Shown here: piece by piece, positions 19,675 through 28,898 of the stretch
How the letters are laid out: each line of letters opens with the position of its first letter
Position numbering within the stretch: position 1 is the first letter of the stretch
NCBI GenBank assembly: GCA_041586955.1
Contig: JBFGZE010000017.1
Span: forward strand, 1 to 45,519
Direction: 5' to 3'
DNA from: Bacteriovoracaceae bacterium
GTDB taxonomy: Bacteria; Bdellovibrionota; Bacteriovoracia; Bacteriovoracales; Bacteriovoracaceae
DNA length: 45,519 bases
Made by a program: the position numbers and the translations under genes
Notes under the pieces: generated by a model
What the model was told of the DNA's origin: nothing
Database searches by the model: none
What the model saw: the letters and a program-made list of their open reading frames with translations, nothing else

Positions 19675-20546
19675 ACCAATCAATGCAAGAGATACCTACA
19701 GCCCTCAAGGCCGAATACCCATTTCCCTCCAATTTTCACACGACAAGAGATGGCCACAAACTCCATTATTTAGATGAAGGAAAGGGCGAAGTCCTGATCC
19801 TCGTCCATGGTAATCCCACATGGTCATTTTTTTACCGCAATCTTGTTAAACATTTAAGTAAGCGCTTTCGGGTCATTGTTCCTGACCATATTGGCATGGG
19901 CCTTTCTGATCACCCCCAAGATTATAATTATTGTTTAGAAAACCATATTAATAATCTTAAAGAACTAACCAACTCTCTTAATATTTCAAATTACTCACTT
20001 GGAGTTCATGATTGGGGTGGTGCTATAGGCCTAGGTCTTGCCACCGATTGCCCTGAGAAATTACAAAAATTAATTATTCTCAATACCGCAGCATTTACAA
20101 CACCCATTATTTCTAAGCGTATAGACCTTCTTCGCAAAGGTCCTTGGTCCGAATGGATGATTCGCCGATTTAATGGCTTTGCCTGGCCGGCCACATTTAT
20201 GGCGGTCACTAAAAAACTAGATAAAAATATTAAAAATGGTTACCTCTTCCCTTATCATGACTATAAAAGTCGTATTGCCACTGCAAAGTTTGTGAAAGAT
20301 ATTCCCATGTCAGAGGATCATCCAAGCTATCATACCTTGCTTAATATCGAAAAAAGTTTGCCAATGATCAATTGCCCCAAGCTCATTATTTGGGGAGGTA
20401 AGGATTTTTGTTTCCACGATTATTTTTATAAAAAATGGAACGCCATTTACCCTGATGCTGAAACCATGTACCTGAAAAATGCCGGACATTATGTTTTGGA
20501 AGATGAACCGTTGAAATGTTTGGAAAGAATAGAGCAGTTTTTATGA
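19668..20546 (+). CDS. oleB: OleB, beta-lactone decarboxylase (haloalkane dehalogenase-like alpha/beta hydrolase)
   Basis: HGNPTWSF, HDWGG, KDFCF and GHYVLED; start overlaps the oleA stop. Confidence 0.9.
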   Translation: MVNQSMQEIPTALKAEYPFPSNFHTTRDGHKLHYLDEGKGEVLILVHGNPTWSFFYRNLVKHLSKRFRVIVPDHIGMGLSDHPQDYNYCLENHINNLKELTNSLNISNYSLGVHDWGGAIGLGLATDCPEKLQKLIILNTAAFTTPIISKRIDLLRKGPWSEWMIRRFNGFAWPATFMAVTKKLDKNIKNGYLFPYHDYKSRIATAKFVKDIPMSEDHPSYHTLLNIEKSLPMINCPKLIIWGGKDFCFHDYFYKKWNAIYPDAETMYLKNAGHYVLEDEPLKCLERIEQFL

Positions 20547-22198
20547 AAAGTGCTGAATATAACGTCGCTTTTTCCGTTAATCAATGGATTTTGAAATTAC
20601 CTCAAAAAGAAGCACTGGTGCTCGGTAAAAATTGCGGCGGACAATATCAATACTCGGGACTCACTTTTTTTGAGTTAGGTGAGCGGATTGATCGATACGC
20701 TCAGCAATTATTGGCCGAAGGCCTTAAACCTGGTATGAAAACGCTGGTTTTTCTCAAGCCAGGTCTGGAATTCGCCCCTTTAACCTTTGCCCTATTTAAG
20801 ATTGGAGTGATCCCTGTTTTTATTGACCCTGGCATGGGAGTTAAAAACCTTCTTTCGGCCATTAAAGAAGTTCGACCAGAAGGTCTCATCGCAGAACCCA
20901 TAGTTCATGCCATTGCCAAAATTTTTAAAGGAACATTTTCCTCAATTCAATTTTATTTTATTCGCAAGAAAGTTCCCTTTATCTTTAGCAATATTCCCGT
21001 GCTTGGCCGACCAAAAAAAAACCTGCAAGAGAAAGTCACGATGCTACCAGTAGCTAAGGAGCAAATGGCAGCAATCTTGTTTACCTCCGGTGGAACAGGC
21101 GTTCCCAAAGGTGTGGTCTATACCCATGGCATTTTCAATGCCCAGATAAAAATGCTCAAAGAAATGTTCGCCTTAACGGATCAGGATATCGATATTCCGG
21201 GCTTTCCTTTATTTTCTCTTTTCACCTTGGCGATGGGTATGAAATCATGCCCCCCAGATATGAACCCGGCCAGGCCAGCACAGGCGAACCCGCGTAAGCT
21301 GGTACAAAATATTCTAGACCAAAAAGCAACGTTTGTCGCCGGCAGCCCTGCCATCTGGGAAAAGGTGGCACAGTTTTGCGTCGCTCATAATATAACTCTC
21401 CCCACTGTCAAATATTTAGTGATGTTCGGTGCCCCTGTGCGCCCGGAAATTCATCAAATGTTTTCACAGGTACTGACAAACGGGACGACCTATACTCCCT
21501 ATGGTGCGACGGAATGCCTACCAGTTAGTTGCATTCGAGGAGACACTCTCCTTCAAGATTTTCTCCCCTATATGAAGGAAGGAAAGGGGACCTGCGTCGG
21601 TCTCCCAACTCCAGGCCAAAGAGTTGCCATTATACCGATCAATGATGGAATCATTCCAGAGTTTGATCTCGAAACAGGCGCCTTACCCCCTTATCAGATT
21701 GGTGAAGTGGTCGTTCAAGGTCCAACTGTCACCCCCCAATATTATAAACGCGACAAGCAAACAGCTCTCGCCAAAATGCATGATAAAGATGGCCATATCT
21801 GGCACCGAATGGGTGATTTAGGATACTTGGATGAACAAGGTCGCCTATGGTTTGCCGGCCGTAAAAATCACCGTGTTGTTACTCAAAAAGGACTCCTCTC
21901 ACCGATCCAATGTGAGGCCATCTTCAATCGCCACCCTGCGGTCAAACGCACGGCACTCATAGGCCTAGGGCCTTATGGCCAACAACGCCCGGGTCTTATC
22001 ATTGAATGGAAAAAGATGGGAATGATTACACATCATAAACAAGACCTCCTTGAATTAAAACAAATGGCAAATGATTTTCCCCATACTCAAGAAATAGATT
22101 TTTTTATGGGTTATCGGAAATTTCCTGTCGATATCCGCCATAATATAAAAATTGATCGCAATGCCTTAAGAAATTGGGCGGCCAAAAGGGTACAATAA
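20543..22198 (+). CDS. oleC: OleC, beta-lactone synthetase (AMP-dependent ligase family)
   Basis: IDPGMG, FTSGGTGVPKG, YGATE, HRMGD and FPVDIRHN.KI; ATGA overlap with oleB. Confidence 0.9.
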   Translation: MKSAEYNVAFSVNQWILKLPQKEALVLGKNCGGQYQYSGLTFFELGERIDRYAQQLLAEGLKPGMKTLVFLKPGLEFAPLTFALFKIGVIPVFIDPGMGVKNLLSAIKEVRPEGLIAEPIVHAIAKIFKGTFSSIQFYFIRKKVPFIFSNIPVLGRPKKNLQEKVTMLPVAKEQMAAILFTSGGTGVPKGVVYTHGIFNAQIKMLKEMFALTDQDIDIPGFPLFSLFTLAMGMKSCPPDMNPARPAQANPRKLVQNILDQKATFVAGSPAIWEKVAQFCVAHNITLPTVKYLVMFGAPVRPEIHQMFSQVLTNGTTYTPYGATECLPVSCIRGDTLLQDFLPYMKEGKGTCVGLPTPGQRVAIIPINDGIIPEFDLETGALPPYQIGEVVVQGPTVTPQYYKRDKQTALAKMHDKDGHIWHRMGDLGYLDEQGRLWFAGRKNHRVVTQKGLLSPIQCEAIFNRHPAVKRTALIGLGPYGQQRPGLIIEWKKMGMITHHKQDLLELKQMANDFPHTQEIDFFMGYRKFPVDIRHNIKIDRNALRNWAAKRVQ

Positions 22199-23181
22199 TG
22201 AAAATTCTCGTCACTGGAGGTGGTGGTTTTTTGGGTCAAGCGCTTTGCCGAAGACTGATTGCGGAGGGACATACCGTCACAAGCTTTTCTCGCTCTCTAT
22301 ACCCCTCTTTAAAAGATATGGGTGTTATTTCACTCCAAGGTTCTGTTGCCGACTTCCCTGCCTTAAGGCAGGCCCTGCGTGATCAAGACGCCTGCTTTCA
22401 TACTGCCTCAAAGGTTGCGATGTGGGGAAAATGGGAGGATTTCTACCAGACAAATACCATTGGTACCCAAAATGTTATCCAAGCGATGAAGGACGAAGGG
22501 GTTCCACTGCTCATCTATACCTCTACCCCAAGTGTCGTTTTCGGCACCGAGGATTTAATTAATATTGATGAATCAATGCCTTACCCACAACGATCATTAA
22601 GTCGCTACGCACGTTCCAAGCGCTTGGCCGAAGAAATGGTTCTAGCGGCCAATGGCGAGGATCTCCAAACGGTTTCTCTTCGTCCCCACTTAATGTTTGG
22701 CCCAGGAGATTCTAATCTTCTCCCCCGTTTAATAGATGCCCATAGAAAAAAACGCTTAAAACAAATTGGCGATGGCCTGAATATGGTGGATGTTCTTTAT
22801 ATTGAAAATGCTGTTGATGCTCATGTCCAGGCACTTCATAAAATGATAACGGCACCCCAATCAATCACAGGTAGGGCCTTTTTCCTAGGACAAGGTCCGG
22901 TGAATCTATGGGCCTTCATCAATAAAATTATGGAAAAAAATGATTTACCGCCAGTTCATAAAAAAATGAATTTTAAAAAGGCCTACGCCCTTGGGTCGAT
23001 CATCGAGGGTTTTCTTTCTCTTTTTGGTCGCTACCACGTTGAACCACCCATGACACGCTTCGTGGCCTTACAATTGGCGAAAAATCATTATTTTGACCAT
23101 AGTAAGAGTCACCATGATTTAGGATGGCAACCCAAAATAGATGTAGATGAGGGTCTAAAACGCTGGCAAGCGTCCTTATAA
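22198..23181 (+). CDS. oleD: OleD, 2-alkyl-3-oxoalkanoate reductase (extended SDR)
   Basis: TGGGGFLG, YTSTPSVV, YARSK and LRPHL.FGPGD; TAATG coupling with oleC. Confidence 0.9.
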   Translation: MKILVTGGGGFLGQALCRRLIAEGHTVTSFSRSLYPSLKDMGVISLQGSVADFPALRQALRDQDACFHTASKVAMWGKWEDFYQTNTIGTQNVIQAMKDEGVPLLIYTSTPSVVFGTEDLINIDESMPYPQRSLSRYARSKRLAEEMVLAANGEDLQTVSLRPHLMFGPGDSNLLPRLIDAHRKKRLKQIGDGLNMVDVLYIENAVDAHVQALHKMITAPQSITGRAFFLGQGPVNLWAFINKIMEKNDLPPVHKKMNFKKAYALGSIIEGFLSLFGRYHVEPPMTRFVALQLAKNHYFDHSKSHHDLGWQPKIDVDEGLKRWQASL

Positions 23182-23183
23182 AA

Positions 23184-24461
23184 TCATGCTATTTTAAGGA
23201 TAATGTCCTCGTGATCTTCATCTCCATAGGCCTTTGATTCATCCTGAGTGAAATGGCCACATAATAATTGAATGGCCTGCACCCACTCAAAATGCTTGCC
23301 TTCTACCGACATACCAACAATATTACCATCTCGGATATTTTTAACACTGGCCTTTATTTTAAGTACATTAAAATCCTCAAGGCGCACTAGGATTTCAATA
23401 CTTTCTCCGTCCTCAAGTCCCTTTTCAAGTTGTGCCATCAATCCACGAGTACTAGCATTAATGACCCGTCCATTAATACTAGATCCATCAAGGCGCATTA
23501 CTCGACAAGGAAAATCAACAGTCATACGCACCGTTTGGCGCAGACGTTTAGTAGGTACTTTACTTTGAATTGGTAAGATATGTTGATATTTATTCGATGT
23601 ATATAGTTCCGATAATATTACTTTTTCTCTTTGTTCCAATGTTTCAAAGGTATCTGTCAAGGTATTAAAAAAATGGTTCAAAGTATCGGGGCCCATTTGT
23701 GAATCGAAGGTTTTATTCAAAAAACGCTCTGGAAATTGAAAACAATCCATTTTAACTTCATGAAAATAATGCCATATATTTTGACTGTTATTTTTTCCAT
23801 AATAAAAATACGCCAATTGAAAAACCGCTGTCTTTAAATTTAGCATTTGAACAATTGCTGGTGCTCCTTGAGCAAATTCATATTCATTAATATATTCAGA
23901 AATTTGTTCAAAGCCCAATATCGATTGATAGAAATATTTCCATTTAGGATGATGAGCAATCACAAAGTATTGAAGATCGAAATAGCGGCACGAATATTCA
24001 TACATAAACTTAAAAAGAGGAAAAAGTATTTTCCCATTAAAACTATTATGGCCCTTCTTAATGGCCAATGATGAAACTTCCCCAATATGCTCGCCAGGCC
24101 TTGTGTATTCATTTAAATTTAAAACTTTACCAACGGGGAGGCCAAAATCTCCATTTTTAATTATACTAACAGTTCCCACCACCTCTTCACCTAATTTGGC
24201 AATCAATATCGTTGTGGTTGGCAAGGCGTGATAAGAAGTCACTCTAACTTTTTCTGGATGTTCTTCCATATAGCCTTCAGCAACATAAGCATCATGTAAT
24301 AATTGAAATGCCTGCTCAAATTCATCATGAGTTTCTGCCACTTTAAATATTAAAGATGAATCGAGCTTTTCTTCAAGGTTAATCCGCTTGCAAATTTTTT
24401 TTCGGATATAACGAGGACCCCAAGAAAATCGATTAATGAAATTAAAAAATTGGTTCTTCAT
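23184..24461 (-). CDS. FeeM-like N-acyl amino acid synthase fused to a C-terminal PilZ domain
   Basis: AFQLLHDAYVAEGY, VVGTVSI...GLP, GEVSSLA and FYQSILGF (FeeM/GNAT core); RQTVR plus NASTRG (PilZ RxxxR and N/DxSxxG). Confidence 0.82.
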   Translation of the reverse strand: MKNQFFNFINRFSWGPRYIRKKICKRINLEEKLDSSLIFKVAETHDEFEQAFQLLHDAYVAEGYMEEHPEKVRVTSYHALPTTTILIAKLGEEVVGTVSIIKNGDFGLPVGKVLNLNEYTRPGEHIGEVSSLAIKKGHNSFNGKILFPLFKFMYEYSCRYFDLQYFVIAHHPKWKYFYQSILGFEQISEYINEYEFAQGAPAIVQMLNLKTAVFQLAYFYYGKNNSQNIWHYFHEVKMDCFQFPERFLNKTFDSQMGPDTLNHFFNTLTDTFETLEQREKVILSELYTSNKYQHILPIQSKVPTKRLRQTVRMTVDFPCRVMRLDGSSINGRVINASTRGLMAQLEKGLEDGESIEILVRLEDFNVLKIKASVKNIRDGNIVGMSVEGKHFEWVQAIQLLCGHFTQDESKAYGDEDHEDIILKIA

Positions 24462-24490
24462 TTAACTCCCGCCAGTTTATCGTATCAAAC

Positions 24491-24518
24491 TGATCGGTTT
24501 TTAAGCAAAAATACTTTA
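24491..24518 (-). promoter_or_regulatory. sigma28-like promoter for the FeeM-PilZ gene
   Basis: Minus strand TAAA-N16-ACCGATCA, about 30 bp above the ATG; GGGAG RBS. Confidence 0.5.
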
Positions 24519-24538
24519 GTCGATTTCAGCACTGATTT

Positions 24539-26557
24539 TTAAGGGTTTATACTGGCCTGGGCCTGTAAATTGTCCTCTATTAGACGGCGCTGAATAAGAC
24601 CGGTGCCCTTAAATTGACCTTGTTTTTTATAAAATAGGATTGGGTGTCCATAACGATTGAAGGCCTCCAATTTATTATGAATAAAAAGTCCATTCGCTCC
24701 AAAAAATGCCTTGAGAAAATCAAGATTTTTAAGCTCAATTGCCAATTGATCGACAAAGCTTTTAAATCGCCATAGTGGGACTTTTCCTTCGAAGGAGCCG
24801 CGTTCCAAGCGTTTTTTCTCATAAAGGCAATTGCGGATAAGCCGAAAACGTAAATGAAAGGATGATTTTTTTACGCGTGATCGACAGGCGCGGAAATCAC
24901 TTTTATAGTGAGAACTATTTGATAACTCTTTGGTGTAGCGTTTAAAGTTTTTTTTAAGGCCCCTTTTACAGCGATTAAAGAAACTTAGAAAACGAAAATA
25001 CCGACGCCGGTCTTTGTTTTGACAAACTTTTTTAATGAGGCCATAAACGTCGTTAATTTTTAATTGATTAAAGTAAATCACACCTTTGGGATTAACAACT
25101 TGTGAAACCATTAGTTTTAAAGGTGGTACAACGAGTCCTGTTTTGACGCCATTTTGAAGCACCTTCGAGTCCGGTATAAAATTGTGAATACGATTACCCC
25201 ATCTTTTTTTCTCTTTATGCTTCCCTATTTTTTTCCACTTTTGCAAACGCCAAAAATGACTAAAGCTAATCGAAAAATTTTCTTTGTCTTTAGAAATGGT
25301 ATATTTGTCTTTGTTCTGTATTACATTAAAGGCACTTTCATATTCAATCCTGTCCCCACGCTTTTCTTCAACCCGCGCGACCTTTTGAGAAGTTGTCTGG
25401 AAGGCCCAATCAAAAACAACACCCCAAAGAAAGCTCCATATTCCTTGTTTGTTTTTACTTTTGAAAAATTGGTGGCCAAAATAAGTGGTCTTTTTCTGAT
25501 CTTTGATAATTTCGACCATTTCAGTTTCAGCATTTTTCTCACCATGAAAAAGAAGGAAATCAATACGCGAGGATAGCTTCTCCATCTTACGAACTTCTAA
25601 GGCCACTTGATAGGGAATTAAAGTATGATGATTATCAAATTTACCGCGAATAAATTCTCTTAACTCAAAATCTGAAGCAATAAGTGCTTCTTGATCACCT
25701 GATGACAAACTCATATGAGCAATCATTTGCTCTTCAAAGCTATATTGCAATTCGACTTGGAATAATTTGATTTTAAGGGCCTTGAAAAATTGAGCGTAGA
25801 GACCTAAAATACCTAGTGTCGATATTTCCTTTTCTTTTTTAAAACTTAATTTTAATTGCTGATCTTCTTCGCTTTTCCAAATTTCTACGGAAAAAATACG
25901 ACTCACCTGGATACTGCCACCTGCGGCGATGGCCATATAGGGATTTACTGGCATATTCGTCAACCCATGAGCATTAAATACAAATCGATCATTCTGATTC
26001 CAAACCTCTCCAGGTGCTAAAGTTCTCTTTCCTCTTAAATCGGGACCCATTAAAATGAGCGGTATAGAATTAATATCAATAATAAGGCCTTCTTCAAAAG
26101 TGGAAGAAAAATGCGCCAAACGGATCTCCCTTTCGAAAGAAAGTCCCACAAACCCTGCCAAGGCCTTATCTGTAATATTGAGTTTATTTTGGTCTCGCAG
26201 CCCTTTGATTAAAGGATAGGCTTCCACTCGGAGGGTAATTTTATCAGTCACCACATAGCGACTATCGTGAAAAAGATCTGGAGCTAAGTCCCTTCTCCAC
26301 TCAACAGAAAAGTCTGTCCAAGAGAAATGTTTACGGAACCCTATAAAGTTTGGGCCACCGTAGACACCATCCTTTCCAGGTAATACAGGTTTACCTTCCT
26401 GCTGGCCGATACTATCCTGCAAGCGCTCCGCTATACTTTGATAAATATGAGAATGTTGGTTGAAAAAAAATTGATTATCTATAGTACTTGCCGCCATTGA
26501 GGTCTTAATGCCTAAATAAAATACAACAGTGATAAAAATACTACGAACCAGACCCAT
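24539..26557 (-). CDS. Large secreted hypothetical protein with basic C-terminal region
   Basis: 672 aa ORF, signal peptide ending SMA, beta-rich centre; no family recognised. Confidence 0.8.
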   Translation of the reverse strand: MGLVRSIFITVVFYLGIKTSMAASTIDNQFFFNQHSHIYQSIAERLQDSIGQQEGKPVLPGKDGVYGGPNFIGFRKHFSWTDFSVEWRRDLAPDLFHDSRYVVTDKITLRVEAYPLIKGLRDQNKLNITDKALAGFVGLSFEREIRLAHFSSTFEEGLIIDINSIPLILMGPDLRGKRTLAPGEVWNQNDRFVFNAHGLTNMPVNPYMAIAAGGSIQVSRIFSVEIWKSEEDQQLKLSFKKEKEISTLGILGLYAQFFKALKIKLFQVELQYSFEEQMIAHMSLSSGDQEALIASDFELREFIRGKFDNHHTLIPYQVALEVRKMEKLSSRIDFLLFHGEKNAETEMVEIIKDQKKTTYFGHQFFKSKNKQGIWSFLWGVVFDWAFQTTSQKVARVEEKRGDRIEYESAFNVIQNKDKYTISKDKENFSISFSHFWRLQKWKKIGKHKEKKRWGNRIHNFIPDSKVLQNGVKTGLVVPPLKLMVSQVVNPKGVIYFNQLKINDVYGLIKKVCQNKDRRRYFRFLSFFNRCKRGLKKNFKRYTKELSNSSHYKSDFRACRSRVKKSSFHLRFRLIRNCLYEKKRLERGSFEGKVPLWRFKSFVDQLAIELKNLDFLKAFFGANGLFIHNKLEAFNRYGHPILFYKKQGQFKGTGLIQRRLIEDNLQAQASINP

Positions 26558-26913
26558 TTTTTCTTTTTTTCGAAATCACCCCTCCTCGACGAACGTCCTA
26601 CAAATTAGCGTAAAGGTGCTTCAATATTGATATTTCAGGATTCATCGTAGCAATGAAGGATGACGTCGATAGACTTTATTGAAAAATTAGAGCAATTCCT
26701 TTTAAATACTAAGGACTTAATTCAAAATAAAAAAAGAACAACAAAAAATGAGACGCCATCAAAAGTGCCCCAATTAAATTGCAGTACAATTACCTAAAAA
26801 GAAATTAAGCTATTTTTTAAGAAAACTATGACAAGGTTTTAAATGGGAAAAACCAGAATTATTAGCTGATGGCCTTTATATGAAATGGTAATAAATTAAC
26901 CCCTGTCGCTTTG

Positions 26914-27711
26914 TTAAAGGTCTTTAGCGACAGTCTTCACAACATCTTGATCAAAATAATTGCAACTCATTCCCGCATCTACCACAATCCCAGAAGCGTT
27001 TATGCCACTTGACATAGAACTTAAAAGAAAAAGAACAGTATTGGCCACTTCTTGAGTATGCAAGGCCTCTTTTCTTAAAGTCAATTTTTCAGCAAATAAA
27101 TAATTATCAATATAACCAGGAATACCGGCGGATGCTGTGGTTTTTAATGGCCCAGCACAAACGGCATTAAATCTTACCCGCGAAAACTCTGAAAAACTCT
27201 TGGCCAGAAAAGCAACCGTGGCATCTAAAGACGCTTTGATCGGTCCCATATATCCATAACTAGTGGCCCGTGTATTGGAGATCGACATAGTAACGACTGA
27301 AGAATTCTCTTTAAGTACATTTTTTATGCTATGACTCATACTCGTTAAGCTAAAGCACGAGATGGTATTGGCCTGGACATAATCTGCTAATTTAGTCTCA
27401 TGAAAAGGTTTAATCCCCTGTGAATAATTGGCGAAGGCCATTGAGTGAAGGAAGCCATCAAGTTGAATCCCCTGACTCTCTAAGGCAGGCCCCAATTGTG
27501 TAACTTGCTCTTCATTTTCGACATCTACAATAAAACAAGGAACGTCTGGAAATAGTTTTTCCACTTTAGACAAGACCTGTTCATTTTGAACTGTTAAATA
27601 GATATGGGCACCGCTTTCACACAGAGATTGAGCGACAAAATAGGCAATCGATTTTTTATTAGCGACGCCAGAGATAAGAAAACTTTTTCCTTTGAGATTT
27701 AATAAATTCAT
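26914..27711 (-). CDS. fabI: Enoyl-ACP reductase, divergent FabI
   Basis: GVANKKSIA, HSMAFA, YGYMGPIKASL and NAVCAGPLKT. Confidence 0.88.
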   Translation of the reverse strand: MNLLNLKGKSFLISGVANKKSIAYFVAQSLCESGAHIYLTVQNEQVLSKVEKLFPDVPCFIVDVENEEQVTQLGPALESQGIQLDGFLHSMAFANYSQGIKPFHETKLADYVQANTISCFSLTSMSHSIKNVLKENSSVVTMSISNTRATSYGYMGPIKASLDATVAFLAKSFSEFSRVRFNAVCAGPLKTTASAGIPGYIDNYLFAEKLTLRKEALHTQEVANTVLFLLSSMSSGINASGIVVDAGMSCNYFDQDVVKTVAKDL

Positions 27712-28142
27712 TCTGTATTCCCTACCACTGTTCCGGTAAATTTTATCGCCATCACTAATTTGCCATTAACCCGCGTACGCCCAGTCATATAAAAAGCATT
27801 GGCCATTTCTTCATCTAAGGTCACTTCCATTTCTAAAGTATCACCTGGTTTGACAAAGTTTTTAAACTTAACTTGTTCCACTCGAGAGACAACACCGAGC
27901 CCAGATTGAACCTGACCTCGAAGTCCCATTAAAAGTGCACCACTTTGAAATACGGCCTCTTGTAATAGCACACCTGGCATAATAGGATTTCCCGGAAAAT
28001 GTCCTTTAAAAAAGTCTTCCTTACCGGTTAAATGCAACTTAGTGACAATCTTATTATCTTGGCGTTCGTTAATTTCATCAACAAAGAGAAAGGGTTCTCT
28101 TTGAGGAATATTCTCTAAAATAATAGGGTCAACTTGCCTCAC
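27708..28142 (-). CDS. fabZ: 3-hydroxyacyl-ACP dehydratase
   Basis: PQREPFLFVD and FFKGHFPGNPIMPGVLLQEA (His/Glu dyad); 4 bp overlaps with both neighbours. Confidence 0.92.
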   Translation of the reverse strand: MRQVDPIILENIPQREPFLFVDEINERQDNKIVTKLHLTGKEDFFKGHFPGNPIMPGVLLQEAVFQSGALLMGLRGQVQSGLGVVSRVEQVKFKNFVKPGDTLEMEVTLDEEMANAFYMTGRTRVNGKLVMAIKFTGTVVGNTE

Positions 28143-28885
28143 GCCAGTCCTCCTGTAATTTCTAAACTGGCACCAGTAATATAACTCGCCTCTTTTGAGG
28201 CCAGGAAAAGAACTGCCTGTGCCACTTCAGTAATAGTACCAAAGCGCTTCATGGGAACTTGCTTTTTATATTCCTTCACCTGCTCATCAGAAAGATCACC
28301 AATCAATTCGGTCTCAATAAAGCCAGGTAGGACATTATTAACTGTAATCCCCCTTTTAGCGACTTCCTTGGCCAGGCTTTTAGACAAAGCAACCTGGCCC
28401 GCTTTTGAAGCAGAATAATTTGCCTGACCCGCCAGGCCCAGCTCTCCACCAATAGAACTCATATTTACGATACGCCCATAGCGCTTCTTCATCATCAAAA
28501 GAACCGCTTTTTGGGCCATTAAATATGTTCCCTTTAAATTGGTATCAAGAACCTGATCCCAATCGTCCTCGGAAAGAGAGGCCAATATATTATCGCGGCG
28601 AATACCACCGTTATTGACCAAGACATCGACCTTACTATAAGTCTCTTCAATATATTGAAAAAATGTCGTTACCTCTTCACCATTGCTAATATCAAATTTA
28701 CGTAAATCCAATTGAGCACCCTGTTCACCTAAGTTATTTTTAAAGGACAATGCCTTTTCATCATTAGAACGATAAGTGGCAATAACTGTGGCCCCTTGCT
28801 GTAAGAATGCCTGACTGATACCTCCACCGATACCACGAGTTCCACCTGTCACGATGACAATCTGATCTTTAAAATTCATATTCAT
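28139..28885 (-). CDS. fabG: 3-oxoacyl-ACP reductase
   Basis: TGGTRGIG, NNGGIRRD, GQANYSASK and PGFIET. Confidence 0.93.
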   Translation of the reverse strand: MNMNFKDQIVIVTGGTRGIGGGISQAFLQQGATVIATYRSNDEKALSFKNNLGEQGAQLDLRKFDISNGEEVTTFFQYIEETYSKVDVLVNNGGIRRDNILASLSEDDWDQVLDTNLKGTYLMAQKAVLLMMKKRYGRIVNMSSIGGELGLAGQANYSASKAGQVALSKSLAKEVAKRGITVNNVLPGFIETELIGDLSDEQVKEYKKQVPMKRFGTITEVAQAVLFLASKEASYITGASLEITGGLA

Positions 28886-28898
28886 TGCTTTTTCCTTA

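Noticed and set aside
19668..23181. Haloalkane dehalogenase, fatty acyl-CoA ligase and 3-beta-hydroxysteroid dehydrogenase as literal functions
   Set aside because: These are the fold-level annotations of OleB, OleC and OleD; order and translational coupling after oleA support the ole assignment.
18646..23181. Beta-lactone antibiotic cluster
   Set aside because: OleB is present with intact nucleophile and His, so the lactone is expected to be decarboxylated to an olefin. Not strictly excluded.
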